Source of the DNA: Cyanobacteria bacterium P01_D01_bin.156
GTDB lineage: Bacteria > Cyanobacteriota > Cyanobacteriia > Phormidesmidales > Phormidesmidaceae
Reading direction: 5' to 3'
Assembly (NCBI GenBank): GCA_039024555.1
Contig: JBCCQQ010000007.1
Span: 64,001 to 128,000 of the forward strand
Length of the DNA: 64,000 nt
Shown here: positions 41,368 to 51,277 of the stretch, one piece after another
How the letters are laid out: every line of letters begins with the position of its first letter
How positions within the stretch are numbered: position 1 is the stretch's first letter
The notes under the pieces: model-generated
Database searches by the model: none
The model's input: the letters and a program-made list of their open reading frames with translations, nothing else
What the model was told of the DNA's origin: nothing
Program-made: the position numbers and the translations under genes

Positions 41368-41467
41368 GCTATTTGAGGGGTAGATTGTGGGCATGTCCCC
41401 CCCTGGGGTATTGAAGTAACCGGAGGGAAGACGATTAACTGGTTGGGGAAATTTCTCATGTGCATCT

Positions 41468-41998
41468 ATGGTTACCCAAATTGGGGCACTAGTTGGCAGA
41501 TTGGCTGGCTGGCGATGTTGGCAAAAGCAGCTGAATCGTTTATTGCCTATCCTCAATGGCGTGGGGCTAGTTCTGCTATGTAGCCAACCTGGATGGAGCC
41601 ATGGTGCGATCGCAAAAATTACCCATCAGTTTACGATTGAAGCAAGCTATACCTCTGGTGAGCCTATGTCCCAGGCCCAGGTGGTTGTTTATAGTCCTGG
41701 TGATCTCCAGACTCCATGGACAACAGGACAAACTGATCAACAGGGTAAGTTTGAATTTAATCCAGACATCGCAGGTAACTGGGAAGTAGTAGTGCGCCAA
41801 GCGGGTCACGGCACGACTGTAAATGTCCCCGTAGGCGCTGTCCAAACACTAGCTGACCAGACCGCTACTCCAGGCACTGCCAACATAACCAATTCTATTT
41901 CTGCCAGTCCACTACAGCGTTGGGCTAGTGCCGGGGCTGGCCTGTGGGGCCTAGTGGGTACCGTTCTATTTTTCTCACGAGGTAAACAGTCGTCCTAG
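41468..41998 (+). CDS. ECF Ni/Co transporter accessory component (NikL/CbiL-like)
   Basis: Signal ending W-S-H-G; A.Y.SGEPM..AQV.VYSP...G.TD..G.F.F.P; C-terminal TM; stop overlaps next start. Confidence 0.72.
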   Translation: MVTQIGALVGRLAGWRCWQKQLNRLLPILNGVGLVLLCSQPGWSHGAIAKITHQFTIEASYTSGEPMSQAQVVVYSPGDLQTPWTTGQTDQQGKFEFNPDIAGNWEVVVRQAGHGTTVNVPVGAVQTLADQTATPGTANITNSISASPLQRWASAGAGLWGLVGTVLFFSRGKQSS

Positions 41999-42702
41999 TG
42001 CATATCCCAGATGGTTTTGTACCTCCCCAGCTTTGCATCATTGGCTACGGCGTTAGCGGATTGCTTACCTGGCAGTGTTTACGGCAGATCAAGCGACAGT
42101 CTGATCCTAGACTGCAACTGCCTAAAGCCTCCTTACTAACAGCCGCATTTTTTGTGGCCTCTTCCATTCAAATTCCGTTGCCTCCCATGAGCCTACACTT
42201 GGTGCTCAGCGGATTGTTGGGTGTGGTTCTTGGTTATTACTCGTTTTTAGCCATTTCAATTGGTCTCTTTTTTCAGGCACTATTTTTGGGGCACGGCGGG
42301 TTTTCCACCCTGGGAGTCAACGCCATTATCATTGGCGTTCCAGCCCTATTAGGGTATGGGATCTTTCAGCTACGCCACTGGTTACCACTAAAGTCATCCT
42401 GGCGTCTAGGCGTCAGCGGTTTCCTAGCAGGAATGATGGGAATGGCCTTAGCAGTTACCCTGTTTATCAGTCTGCTTATTTTTACCGTGCCTGTTGGGTT
42501 TGATGTAGCTACCGAGCGCGCCGCCCTGTTCGCCTTAGGCATTGCCCATGTTCCCTTGATTATTGTTGAGGGCGTATTTACTGCCCTGCTGGTGACATTT
42601 TTACGACGTACAAAACCAGAGCTTTTGGGGATGCAACTTGTTCCTCAGCAGCCATTGACCTCCCATCAGGGTAGTTCATCGGGAGAACAACTATGCGACT
42701 AA
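41998..42702 (+). CDS. cbiM: ECF Ni/Co transporter substrate component CbiM/NikM
   Basis: N-terminal MHIPDG metal ligand motif; FQA..LGHGG.STLGVN. Confidence 0.92.
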   Translation: MHIPDGFVPPQLCIIGYGVSGLLTWQCLRQIKRQSDPRLQLPKASLLTAAFFVASSIQIPLPPMSLHLVLSGLLGVVLGYYSFLAISIGLFFQALFLGHGGFSTLGVNAIIIGVPALLGYGIFQLRHWLPLKSSWRLGVSGFLAGMMGMALAVTLFISLLIFTVPVGFDVATERAALFALGIAHVPLIIVEGVFTALLVTFLRRTKPELLGMQLVPQQPLTSHQGSSSGEQLCD

Positions 42703-43472
42703 CCCTTGATACCTATGCCAATCTTCAGTCTCCTCTCCATCGCTGGTGGCCCCGGTCCAAAGTGGTCGGTCTTGGGCTGCTAATGGTTGGTTTTGTCAGT
42801 GTGCAGCAGGTCCATTTAGTGCTTGTGTGTTTGATGGTAACGGCTATCCTATATGGGCTTTCAGGACTGCCATGGCGATATTTGCGATCGCGACTTCGCT
42901 ATCCCGGATTGTTTTTACTTGGTGTTGTGATCGCCTTACCGCTGCTATCGGGCAGCACCGTTCTTTGGCAATGGGGACCTGTCGCTATTTATCAAGAGGG
43001 CCTATTGGCCATGGCACTGATTGCCGGACGTTTTTTGTCCATTGTTACCCTGGGGATGATTTTGCTCGGGACTACGCCCTTACTTACCTTAGTAGATGTG
43101 TTAGTTTCCCTGGGACTTCCCCCCTTAATGGCAGAAATGACCCTCTTGGCCTATCGTTACCTATTTGACATTGCCGATCAGCTCGCCTATATGCAACAGG
43201 CCATGAGGCTTCGGGGCTTTCAGCCCATGGGTAATCGCCAAAGCTGGCAACAACTTGCTGCCGTTACCGGCACCCTCCTTGTGCGCAGCTATGAACAATC
43301 GGAGCGCGTGTATAAAGCAATGCGACTACGGGGCTATGGCTATCGTCACAGTCATTTGGTCCAGCTCAGTGGTTGGGGACATAAACCCGACATAGCAGCC
43401 ATCGGAATCTGCGCTAGTATAGCGACGATCTTGATCGGGCTACAGCTGTGGCCTTCTCTATTGGGTTTATGA
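42693..43472 (+). CDS. cbiQ: ECF transporter T component CbiQ/NikQ
   Basis: YRYL, AMRLRGF and AMRLRGY Arg motifs. Confidence 0.92.
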   Translation: MRLTLDTYANLQSPLHRWWPRSKVVGLGLLMVGFVSVQQVHLVLVCLMVTAILYGLSGLPWRYLRSRLRYPGLFLLGVVIALPLLSGSTVLWQWGPVAIYQEGLLAMALIAGRFLSIVTLGMILLGTTPLLTLVDVLVSLGLPPLMAEMTLLAYRYLFDIADQLAYMQQAMRLRGFQPMGNRQSWQQLAAVTGTLLVRSYEQSERVYKAMRLRGYGYRHSHLVQLSGWGHKPDIAAIGICASIATILIGLQLWPSLLGL

Positions 43473-43691
43473 TGCAAAGTTGTCTTTGCAGAATCTAGAA
43501 GTAAACTGTTGTTACCGATATGTTGCCATCTGCGTAACTCAGGTTAGCGCCTATGTTTCTCTCTCAAACAACAACATTCAAAATCGTTAAAAATGGCTCA
43601 CAAGGCCAACAATAATCAAAATCTATTAATTTCAAACCTGACTAAAAACACATTTACTTAACGATGATTCTTGTTCCTTAGACTAAACCCT

Positions 43692-44483
43692 ATGACGTCT
43701 TTACTACCCAAGAAAACAGTTGCAAACGTCAGCTTGCCAGCAACTGTAGCCGCCATAGCCGTTGATCATCTTTGTTTTTCCTATCCTGATCGTTTGCGCG
43801 TACTCGATAATATCTGTTTACAGATTGCACCAGGCGAACGAGTAGGCATTATTGGCCATAATGGCTGTGGTAAAACCACCCTGTTTATGACGTTATGTGG
43901 GGCGTTAACTCCCACATCTGGCACCCTGCGTTTAATGGATAAACCGGTGATGCCTAATGGGTTTAACCCTCAAATTGGTCTGTTATTTCAAAATCCTGAT
44001 AGTCAGTTATTCTCTGCTTCCGTTCGCGATGATCTCTGTTTTGGTCCGATGAATATGGATCTAAACCCTCAGCAGGTACAGGAACGGGTAGATTTAGCCA
44101 TTCGGCTCACAGGGTTGCAGTCTTTGGTAGAGCGCCCCCCCCACCATCTGTCTGGGGGTGAAAAACAAATGGTGGCGATCGCGGGTATTTTAGCGATGCA
44201 GCCCCAGATTGTGCTCTATGACGAGCCCACAGCTAGCCTAGATCTTCGCAGTCGGCGTCGATTAATTACCTTTATGCAGGGCCTCCAGCAAACGATGGTG
44301 GTGGCTTCCCATGATTTAGAATTTTTGTTAGAAGTATGCGATCGCACATTCATCATGTACCAAGGCAAAATCGTTGCCGATGGTGCCCCCCAAGACATCA
44401 TGGGCAACGACAAGCTGATGCGCACCTATGAGTTGGAAAAGCCTCACTCGTTGATTCCCCACGTTGTTGACCATCACCCGTAG
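43692..44483 (+). CDS. cbiO: ECF transporter ATPase CbiO/NikO
   Basis: GHNGCGKT, FQNPDSQLF, LSGGEK, DEPT, SHD. Confidence 0.92.
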   Translation: MTSLLPKKTVANVSLPATVAAIAVDHLCFSYPDRLRVLDNICLQIAPGERVGIIGHNGCGKTTLFMTLCGALTPTSGTLRLMDKPVMPNGFNPQIGLLFQNPDSQLFSASVRDDLCFGPMNMDLNPQQVQERVDLAIRLTGLQSLVERPPHHLSGGEKQMVAIAGILAMQPQIVLYDEPTASLDLRSRRRLITFMQGLQQTMVVASHDLEFLLEVCDRTFIMYQGKIVADGAPQDIMGNDKLMRTYELEKPHSLIPHVVDHHP

Positions 44484-44490
44484 GATAAAC

Positions 44491-44532
44491 GCTCCGTAGT
44501 AGGGGTGGGGCCGTTTACCCCTACTACGGAGC
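44491..44532. repeat. GTAG-type REP-like palindrome / bidirectional terminator
   Basis: 16-bp inverted repeat gctccgtagtaggggt / acccctactacggagc; core GTAGGGG...CCCCTAC. Confidence 0.7.
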
Positions 44533-44886
44533 CATCATATGACTCACCTGTCCATCGTGTAGCGTTTCTGCCGCAAATGTCTCTTCAAAAAAAGTTGCTG
44601 TTTTCTCTAGATCTGTTCCACCCTTGAGCCGATAAAACGCAATTGCTCGGATGAGTGCCTCATCTCGCTTAACTATCCGTACAGCTCGGGACGCTCCCTT
44701 ATCCCCCTTAAAGGGATTATCTAGCCATAGGGCATCACTCAAACCTAAAGCGGCTACTAGAGGGGTTACAGCTTCTGTTTGCAAACGTTTCGCCACATCG
44801 GCTGGCAACCCCTTCAGGGTATCTGCTTCCGTTAACTGTTTTGCTTGGGTAAGTAATGTTTGTAATCTTTCCTTATCTACGGCCAT
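44524..44886 (-). CDS. Hypothetical protein, 120 aa
   Basis: ATG with AGGT upstream; protein-like helical composition; family not recognised. Confidence 0.7.
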   Translation of the reverse strand: MAVDKERLQTLLTQAKQLTEADTLKGLPADVAKRLQTEAVTPLVAALGLSDALWLDNPFKGDKGASRAVRIVKRDEALIRAIAFYRLKGGTDLEKTATFFEETFAAETLHDGQVSHMMAP

Positions 44887-45065
44887 TACCTAGGAAACCA
44901 CCTAAATACAAATACTTCACTCTAAAGTCTAGTTCAGATTGCAATACCCTAGCTTGACATAGGACATCTTTACTTCTCGAAAGCTTTATACTTTAGCCGC
45001 AACCATGGGGGACGTCCGTAACGTCACTTAGTTTAATAAGCCTGGTTGTTACACTCCTTGTCACC

Positions 45066-45329
45066 ATGATCTTTTCAACAGTCTACTCAGAGCAGCATTA
45101 TGCATCAGCTGTAAATGCTGCTGTTGCAGACCTACTGCTCAGCTATCGTGGCTACCAGATTGATGTCATGCGCCAACTGCCTACCTACACTCTAGATACT
45201 CGTGCCTATGAGTTGTGGATTACAGCTTGGGATTGTAACGAAGACCGTCATGAATTTATCTATGAGCTGCATATTGGTGTGGTTAAGGGTGAACTGATTG
45301 TCCTATCTTGGATGCCCCTATCGCATTAA
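45066..45329 (+). CDS. Hypothetical protein, 87 aa
   Basis: ATG ORF in otherwise empty space; family not recognised. Confidence 0.55.
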   Translation: MIFSTVYSEQHYASAVNAAVADLLLSYRGYQIDVMRQLPTYTLDTRAYELWITAWDCNEDRHEFIYELHIGVVKGELIVLSWMPLSH

Positions 45330-45651
45330 CCCCGTTGCCAGCACTAATTGTCTAATTAGTGTAGAAGTTTGTGTCAAACTCAATGTCGAATTAATCAGGT
45401 GTTATAAACATTCGAGTTGCCGATACTGCAAGCTTCACAGCATATTATCTTCTAGGTTTAGTGCTCCAGCATGAGAAATATGCCATTGTTCTCCTATAGA
45501 GTGACTCAACAAGATCTACTTAGGCGATAAGGCAGCTCCCTATTGTTGATTGGGAGAAACTATTTTTTACAAAATTTCTTGGTGAGTAAATGGGAAGTTA
45601 AAGTTCCACACACTGGGGATAAAGAATCAGAACTTTAAAGGGAATAAAAGC

Positions 45652-45694
45652 TTAATAGCGAGCCAGTGAAAAACAGTCACTGGCTCGCTATTAA
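45652..45694 (-). terminator. Terminator after pgi, possibly bidirectional
   Basis: 18-bp inverted repeat ttaatagcgagccagtga / tcactggctcgctattaa. Confidence 0.8.
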
Positions 45695-45718
45695 TTACCT
45701 ATGTCGATGCAGTGGCTT

Positions 45719-47311
45719 TTACCGAGCCATTACTTGCATTGTGCTTGGGTTACCTATACTCCCATCGATTGTAACTAGACGACCATTGGCATCTAGGTGA
45801 CGCACAATTTTGTAGATGTCTTCAACCGCATCAGGGCGACCGACTTTATCAGCAACTTCTAGCAGAGTAAGGGAACCACCGGTCTTGCTGAGTACATCGA
45901 TCACCATATTTTGTAAATTGAGAATACTCGCTGCAGCTTTCTTTCCCGCTTCCACTCCTGGCTGGTGATAAGCATTGATATTGACAACAGCGGCATACAA
46001 ACTAACCGCCCGTTCATACAAAGCAATCAACGCACCAACTATGGTAGGCGTTACTTCAGGAATGGTAATAGTAATCGACTGACGATTGTTCTCAAACAGA
46101 GCCTTACGAGTCCCTAGTAAAAATCCAGAAAGATAATCACCGGAGGTTACCCCTGGATCGATTTCTGTAGAACTTCCTTCACGATCTTTTAAGACTTCAA
46201 TTAGGGTCACAAAGAAGTTGTTTACCCCTTCCCGCAGCTGTTGCACATAGGCATGTTGATCAGTAGAGCCTTTGTTGCCATAGACCGCGATTCCTTGGAA
46301 TACCTTATTGCCATCCAGGTCGGTTTCTTTACCCAAGGACTCCATAATCAGCTGTTGCAAATAACGGCTAAACAACAGCAAGCTGTCCTTGTAGGGCAAA
46401 ATCACCATGTCTTTTTCACCCTTACCATTGCCCGTATGATGCCAGGCAAGGGCTAACAAAGCTGCTGGATTATTCTTTAGGTCCGGCACCCGTGTAGCCG
46501 CATCCATTTTTTTTGCACCCGTCAAAATAGCATGAATATCAATACCTTGTAACGCTGCAGGTAATAACCCCACTGACGATAACTCTGAGGTTCGTCCACC
46601 TACCCAATCCTGCATTGGAAACATGGCTAACCAGTTATCGGCTTTGGCAACCTTATCTAGCTTGCTACCTCGTCCTGTAGTGGCAACTGCATATTTAGAA
46701 AAGTCCAGCCCTCGTTTTTCGTAAGCCGCTTTTACTTCTAGCATGCCGTTGCGAGTTTCTGGTGTGCCACCGGACTTGGAAATCACCAGCACTAAAGTAG
46801 TTTTAAGTCGATCCCCAAGCTTAGCCAGGGTTTTATCGACACCATCGGGATCCGTATTATCAATAAAGCTAATGCTCAAGGGTGGATTGACGGGGCCAAT
46901 GGCTTCAGCAACAAACTCAGGCCCCAGGGCCGAGCCACCAATACCGATGGATAGAATATCAGTGAATCTTTTTTCCCCTGGTGGCGTAATCGCGGCTGAG
47001 TGAATCTGCTGGGTAAAAGTTTCTATATCTCGTAGGGTATTAACAATTTCGCTACGGAGTTCGTCATTGGGCGCCAAGTCTGGATCCCTTAGCCAGTAGT
47101 GGCCCACCATACGATTTTCGTCTGGGTTTGCGATCGCCCCCTTTTCAAGAGCATCGATTGATTCAAACGCCTTTTCAAATCGTGGTGTCATTTCGGCCAC
47201 AAAGGCATCATCAAATGTGATTCGACTAACATCCAAGTAAAGCCCCAATGCTTCGTCGTAATACAGCCAATCTTGGTACCGTTGCCACAGCGCAGTAGCA
47301 TCCATAGTCAC
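45719..47311 (-). CDS. pgi: Glucose-6-phosphate isomerase
   Basis: [48 protein letters not shown]; start may be ATG at 47305. Confidence 0.97.
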   Translation of the reverse strand: MTMDATALWQRYQDWLYYDEALGLYLDVSRITFDDAFVAEMTPRFEKAFESIDALEKGAIANPDENRMVGHYWLRDPDLAPNDELRSEIVNTLRDIETFTQQIHSAAITPPGEKRFTDILSIGIGGSALGPEFVAEAIGPVNPPLSISFIDNTDPDGVDKTLAKLGDRLKTTLVLVISKSGGTPETRNGMLEVKAAYEKRGLDFSKYAVATTGRGSKLDKVAKADNWLAMFPMQDWVGGRTSELSSVGLLPAALQGIDIHAILTGAKKMDAATRVPDLKNNPAALLALAWHHTGNGKGEKDMVILPYKDSLLLFSRYLQQLIMESLGKETDLDGNKVFQGIAVYGNKGSTDQHAYVQQLREGVNNFFVTLIEVLKDREGSSTEIDPGVTSGDYLSGFLLGTRKALFENNRQSITITIPEVTPTIVGALIALYERAVSLYAAVVNINAYHQPGVEAGKKAAASILNLQNMVIDVLSKTGGSLTLLEVADKVGRPDAVEDIYKIVRHLDANGRLVTIDGSIGNPSTMQVMAR

Positions 47312-47591
47312 TTCTCCGGGGCTAGCTATTTTTCTTTAGTTAAAACATAACTCTAATGTATCGACTGTTAGTGTAGTGACCATTCCCCTCAGGTCGTCGA
47401 AAAATCTTGAAGGATTTCATGATTCGTAGTGGAAACATAACTGCCGTATTTGATTACTTAGACGAAGGGATCTTCATCAGGCACACATTTCCCATCACTT
47501 CCTGAGTAAAATGTAGGCATCGTCACACTTTTGATGACTGTTGCCCATTCATTAATTTGTCCAAACCCTGTCAGGAGTCTCTTAGCTTTTT

Positions 47592-48569
47592 ATGGATTTA
47601 GTTACCCTCCAAGGACTGCTGGATAACGTTTCCTTTGCTGTACTGTTTGTGACCATGTTGGTCTACTGGAGCAGTCTGGCCTTTTCTAGTGTTAACTGGC
47701 TAAAAATTGGCGGTGCAACGGGCATGGCTATCGCTAACCTCTGCATTGCAGCGCTACTCATTGCTCGTTGGATTGAAGGGGGCTATTTTCCCCTTAGTAA
47801 TCTCTACGAATCCCTATTTTTTATTGCCTGGGGCATAACGGCAATGCATTTTATTGCCGAGCGCATGAGCAACAGTCTTTGGGTAGGAGCGGTAACGTCC
47901 CTTGCTGCTATGGGGATCACGGCTTTTGCTACCCTCACATTGCCGGGTAATATGCAGCATTCTGAGCCCTTGGTGCCTGCCCTCAAGTCAAACTGGTTAA
48001 TGATGCATGTGAGTGTGATGTTGCTGAGCTACTCTGCTCTGATGGTAGGCTCCCTAGTGGCGATCGCATTTTTAGTGGTTACTCGGGGTCAAGCCATCGA
48101 GCTTAAGGGAAGCTCTGTAGGTACTGGCGGGTTCCGAGATCGCAAGTACACCCTCAAACGCAGCAATGAAGTCACTAGTTCAGAACCGGTCATGGCAGGG
48201 GGGACAGCCGTGCTAGAAAAAACGGCACCTGCCCTATCGATGCAGCGTCTTACCCTGGCTGACACTTTGGACAACATTAGCTACCGCATCATCGGGTTGG
48301 GGTTTCCGCTGCTGACTATTGGGATCATTTCCGGTGGCGTCTGGGCCAATGAAGCCTGGGGCTCCTACTGGAGTTGGGATCCTAAAGAAACCTGGGCCTT
48401 GATTACCTGGCTTGTTTTTGCCGCTTATCTCCATTCCCGTATTACCAAGGGCTGGCAAGGTCGTAAACCCGCCTTCATCGCCGCTTCTGGTTTTGTTGTG
48501 GTGTGGATTTGCTACCTAGGTGTGAACTTACTGGGTAAAGGCTTACACAGCTACGGTTGGTTTTTCTAA
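47592..48569 (+). CDS. ccsB: Cytochrome c biogenesis protein CcsB/CcsA (system II)
   Basis: [32 protein letters not shown] (WWD domain), GLHSY. Confidence 0.96.
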   Translation: MDLVTLQGLLDNVSFAVLFVTMLVYWSSLAFSSVNWLKIGGATGMAIANLCIAALLIARWIEGGYFPLSNLYESLFFIAWGITAMHFIAERMSNSLWVGAVTSLAAMGITAFATLTLPGNMQHSEPLVPALKSNWLMMHVSVMLLSYSALMVGSLVAIAFLVVTRGQAIELKGSSVGTGGFRDRKYTLKRSNEVTSSEPVMAGGTAVLEKTAPALSMQRLTLADTLDNISYRIIGLGFPLLTIGIISGGVWANEAWGSYWSWDPKETWALITWLVFAAYLHSRITKGWQGRKPAFIAASGFVVVWICYLGVNLLGKGLHSYGWFF

Positions 48570-48581
48570 AGGGAAGGCCCG

Positions 48582-49241
48582 CTATGCAACACCCGCAAAC
48601 AATTCCCCAAAGGGTTGCTCCTTAGTTTCTGCATTAGTCACAATTTCCACAATCTTATTCTCGGCAGCTGGCTCCTTCAAGGCAGCAATACATACCTGCG
48701 CCACCTTTTCCCTAGGAATACTTCCCTCAAACAAGGTATCTGCCGAAGACATCACTATTGCCTCAGCATTGTTTTCGTTTTTTAAGCCCCCAGGACGGAC
48801 GATTGTGTAGGTTAAACCACTGTTGACAATGTACTGCTCCGCTTGCTTTTTCCAATACAGCACCAGCCAGAATAGATTCAACGGGTGGAAAAATTTAGAG
48901 ACGCATAGGGAAGACACAATCACAAAGTGTTTGACTTCCATAGACTTAGCTGTGTCGACTAGGTTTTTAGTACCGGCAAAATCTACCTGATAAGGGCCTG
49001 TAATATCAAAGCTCGGTGCTGCTCCTGTGGCACAGATAATGGCATCGCAGTCTGCCATAGCTGATTTAAGGGTGTCCGGTTTTAAGACATCCCCAACCAC
49101 AACCTCAACGGTATCCGGGAAGTTGGCTTTTGTGCGATCGCGCACCATGGCCTTCACTGTCATATCTGTATGGTTGCTGTCCAGCTGCGTCGCAATTCTT
49201 TGGCCTGTTTGTCCAGTTGCTCCTATCACTAATACCTTCAT
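48582..49241 (-). CDS. Atypical SDR / NAD(P)H-binding protein (Tic62-like)
   Basis: VIGATGQTG, VSSLCVSKFFHPLNLFWLVLYWK, IVRPGGL. Confidence 0.9.
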   Translation of the reverse strand: MKVLVIGATGQTGQRIATQLDSNHTDMTVKAMVRDRTKANFPDTVEVVVGDVLKPDTLKSAMADCDAIICATGAAPSFDITGPYQVDFAGTKNLVDTAKSMEVKHFVIVSSLCVSKFFHPLNLFWLVLYWKKQAEQYIVNSGLTYTIVRPGGLKNENNAEAIVMSSADTLFEGSIPREKVAQVCIAALKEPAAENKIVEIVTNAETKEQPFGELFAGVA

Positions 49242-49773
49242 CCTTGCCTCTCCCTAATGATTGATTAGATGCACTAATATTTGCCGGACCCGTTCATAAA
49301 ATATAGTGCTGTTTCCCTTATCCCTACTCGGGGCGTTGGTCATCCAATACTTCTGTCAAACTGTAAACTTGACTGCACCGTAGACATCAGCACTCTGGTA
49401 TCAATACTGAATGATTGAGTACTTAATAATGCCTCCATAGATTGGATTCAACCGTCAGGCTTATGAAGCCTCCTTGGGAAAAGTACGGTTTCTCAGAAAA
49501 TCGACTAAACTTAATGAAAGCCAATAGTTCTTAAGCTAATAGTCACACTTAGAAAGGTTAACTTTGTAGATTTCTATATTGATATCCGTGATTTAACGAT
49601 GGTTGCTTGTTTTTTTGAATCAGTACTCTAGAAACACGGTGGATTAATTCCTGTAGCCAATCTACCTAGATCTGGAACCGATACGCTACTGCACCCTGTT
49701 CAAATACTAATCAGGCGGTAGCTGATCATTGAAATCTAATTCGTAGACTATCTTTTAGTAAGGCTTTGACTGT

Positions 49774-50448
49774 ATGAACGTGTCATCTACGCAGTATCCT
49801 CAGCTAGGCATGTCCACACCTTTACCCAATGCCGGGTCAGACACTACTAACCCAGATGGCGAAAAAAATGTACATACCCCTGAGTCAATTATTTTTGAGG
49901 GGTACTACGTTGGCAACATGGAAATGTACGCAGATGTAGATACTGTGGCCAAATATTTGGATTCTCACCAGGGCTGGTTTACACGCTGTGCTGCTCCAAT
50001 GGATGTTCAGCCCATTGGTAGTAACGGCTATGCGATTTCCTTAGGGCGTTTTGGCAGTCTCAATTTTCAAGTTCAGCCAAAGATTGGCCTACATCTGTTG
50101 CCCCAGAACCGAGGCGTTTATCGTATTGAAACCATTCCCGTGCCAGGGCATCATCCAGAAGGATATGATGTAGATTTTCGCGCCGCCATGTCTTTGGCTG
50201 AACGGGCAAAACAAGAGGTTCCTACTGGTCAAGCAACCCATGTGGAATGGGAGTTGAACCTCCAAACTAAAGTGCAAATGCCTAAATTTATTCAGGCATT
50301 GCCCCAATCTCTGGTCAAATCTTCTGGGGATAAGTTACTGAATCAGATTGTGCGGCAAATTTCTCGACGCCTAACCCGTAAAGTACAGGAAGATTTTCAC
50401 ACTATGCTGAACTTGCCCTTACCGGGACGGAAAAATCGCCGCAGTTAA
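49774..50448 (+). CDS. DUF1997 domain-containing protein
   Basis: YLDSHQGWF.RCA.PM, GRFG...VQPKIGL.LLP, RRLT.KVQEDFH. Confidence 0.85.
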   Translation: MNVSSTQYPQLGMSTPLPNAGSDTTNPDGEKNVHTPESIIFEGYYVGNMEMYADVDTVAKYLDSHQGWFTRCAAPMDVQPIGSNGYAISLGRFGSLNFQVQPKIGLHLLPQNRGVYRIETIPVPGHHPEGYDVDFRAAMSLAERAKQEVPTGQATHVEWELNLQTKVQMPKFIQALPQSLVKSSGDKLLNQIVRQISRRLTRKVQEDFHTMLNLPLPGRKNRRS

Positions 50449-50467
50449 AACGATATCGCGCGTCAGG

Positions 50468-51277
50468 CTAGAGGTTTTTTCTAAGCTTTTCAATTGGGTC
50501 TATGTAGTTGGCTATAGGCTCTTGGGCCAAGTAGCAGGCTTGGCGATCGATCTGGAGTAAATCTTCCCCCCACACCACATAGCCCAGATCAACCCCAGTA
50601 CCCACATCTGGTCGCCAGTCTTTGCTAATAAACTTCTGACTACAATCAGCTACACCTCCATCGAACAGATGGCCAATGGAGAAGTAGACATCCCGCAAAA
50701 TTTCTGGCACAGATGGGCGATGGAGCTGCCCTCTAGAGTGGGCGCTGCGGGCTCGATACTTAGCCCGCGGAAACAGCCCGTACAAGTTCTTTAGCGTAGC
50801 CGATACCAGGGGCTGCTCCTTTAGGCTAGTGATTTTGAAGGCGCTGACTGAAATGCGACAATCTACTTCCTGTAATAATTTGGGAGCCCAAAGCTCTGAA
50901 TAGCGCACAGGCTTAGGGGAGCAATTAGGGTAGGCAATACAGGGAAGGGTATCGGCATCCAGTAAGGTCATCCCTTCATCCAAAATCTCATAAAGGCGAT
51001 TCTTACTGGCAATTTCTGACAAAGGAAGCTTTGAACATACGCCCTCCACTATAAAAATTTCAGCGTGGGGGCTAGCCTGGCGCAACCCCCATAAGACCTT
51101 TGATAATAGCGGCATCCCCACGGTTACCGGTGGTCCCTTAGGGTAGCCCAGATTAGGTTTGACTAATATTTTCGTTGCCCCATGGGCTGCTGCTGGCGGA
51201 CTATAGATAAAGTCCGCTGTCTTTGCAGTGGTACATTGCCCATTCGCAGCCTGAATCTGAGTAGTCTGAACAACCAT
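50468..51277 (-). CDS. DUF362 domain-containing protein
   Basis: ILVKPNLG, IVEG, SATLKNLYG; ATG at 51277 preferred over the ORF-track start at 51430, which lies deep in folP. Confidence 0.8.
   Translation of the reverse strand: MVVQTTQIQAANGQCTTAKTADFIYSPPAAAHGATKILVKPNLGYPKGPPVTVGMPLLSKVLWGLRQASPHAEIFIVEGVCSKLPLSEIASKNRLYEILDEGMTLLDADTLPCIAYPNCSPKPVRYSELWAPKLLQEVDCRISVSAFKITSLKEQPLVSATLKNLYGLFPRAKYRARSAHSRGQLHRPSVPEILRDVYFSIGHLFDGGVADCSQKFISKDWRPDVGTGVDLGYVVWGEDLLQIDRQACYLAQEPIANYIDPIEKLRKNL

Noticed and set aside
41265..41467. Cobalamin or NiCo riboswitch before the ECF operon
   Set aside because: Conserved cores not found; only a terminator-like hairpin
43588..43612. Similarity to 1004-1028 (aaaaatgg..acaaggc)
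   Set aside because: Short, gapped and AT-rich; likely chance
49242..49773. Possible small petM-like gene next to the SDR gene
   Set aside because: The short ORF I translated there has no PetM-like hydrophobic helix
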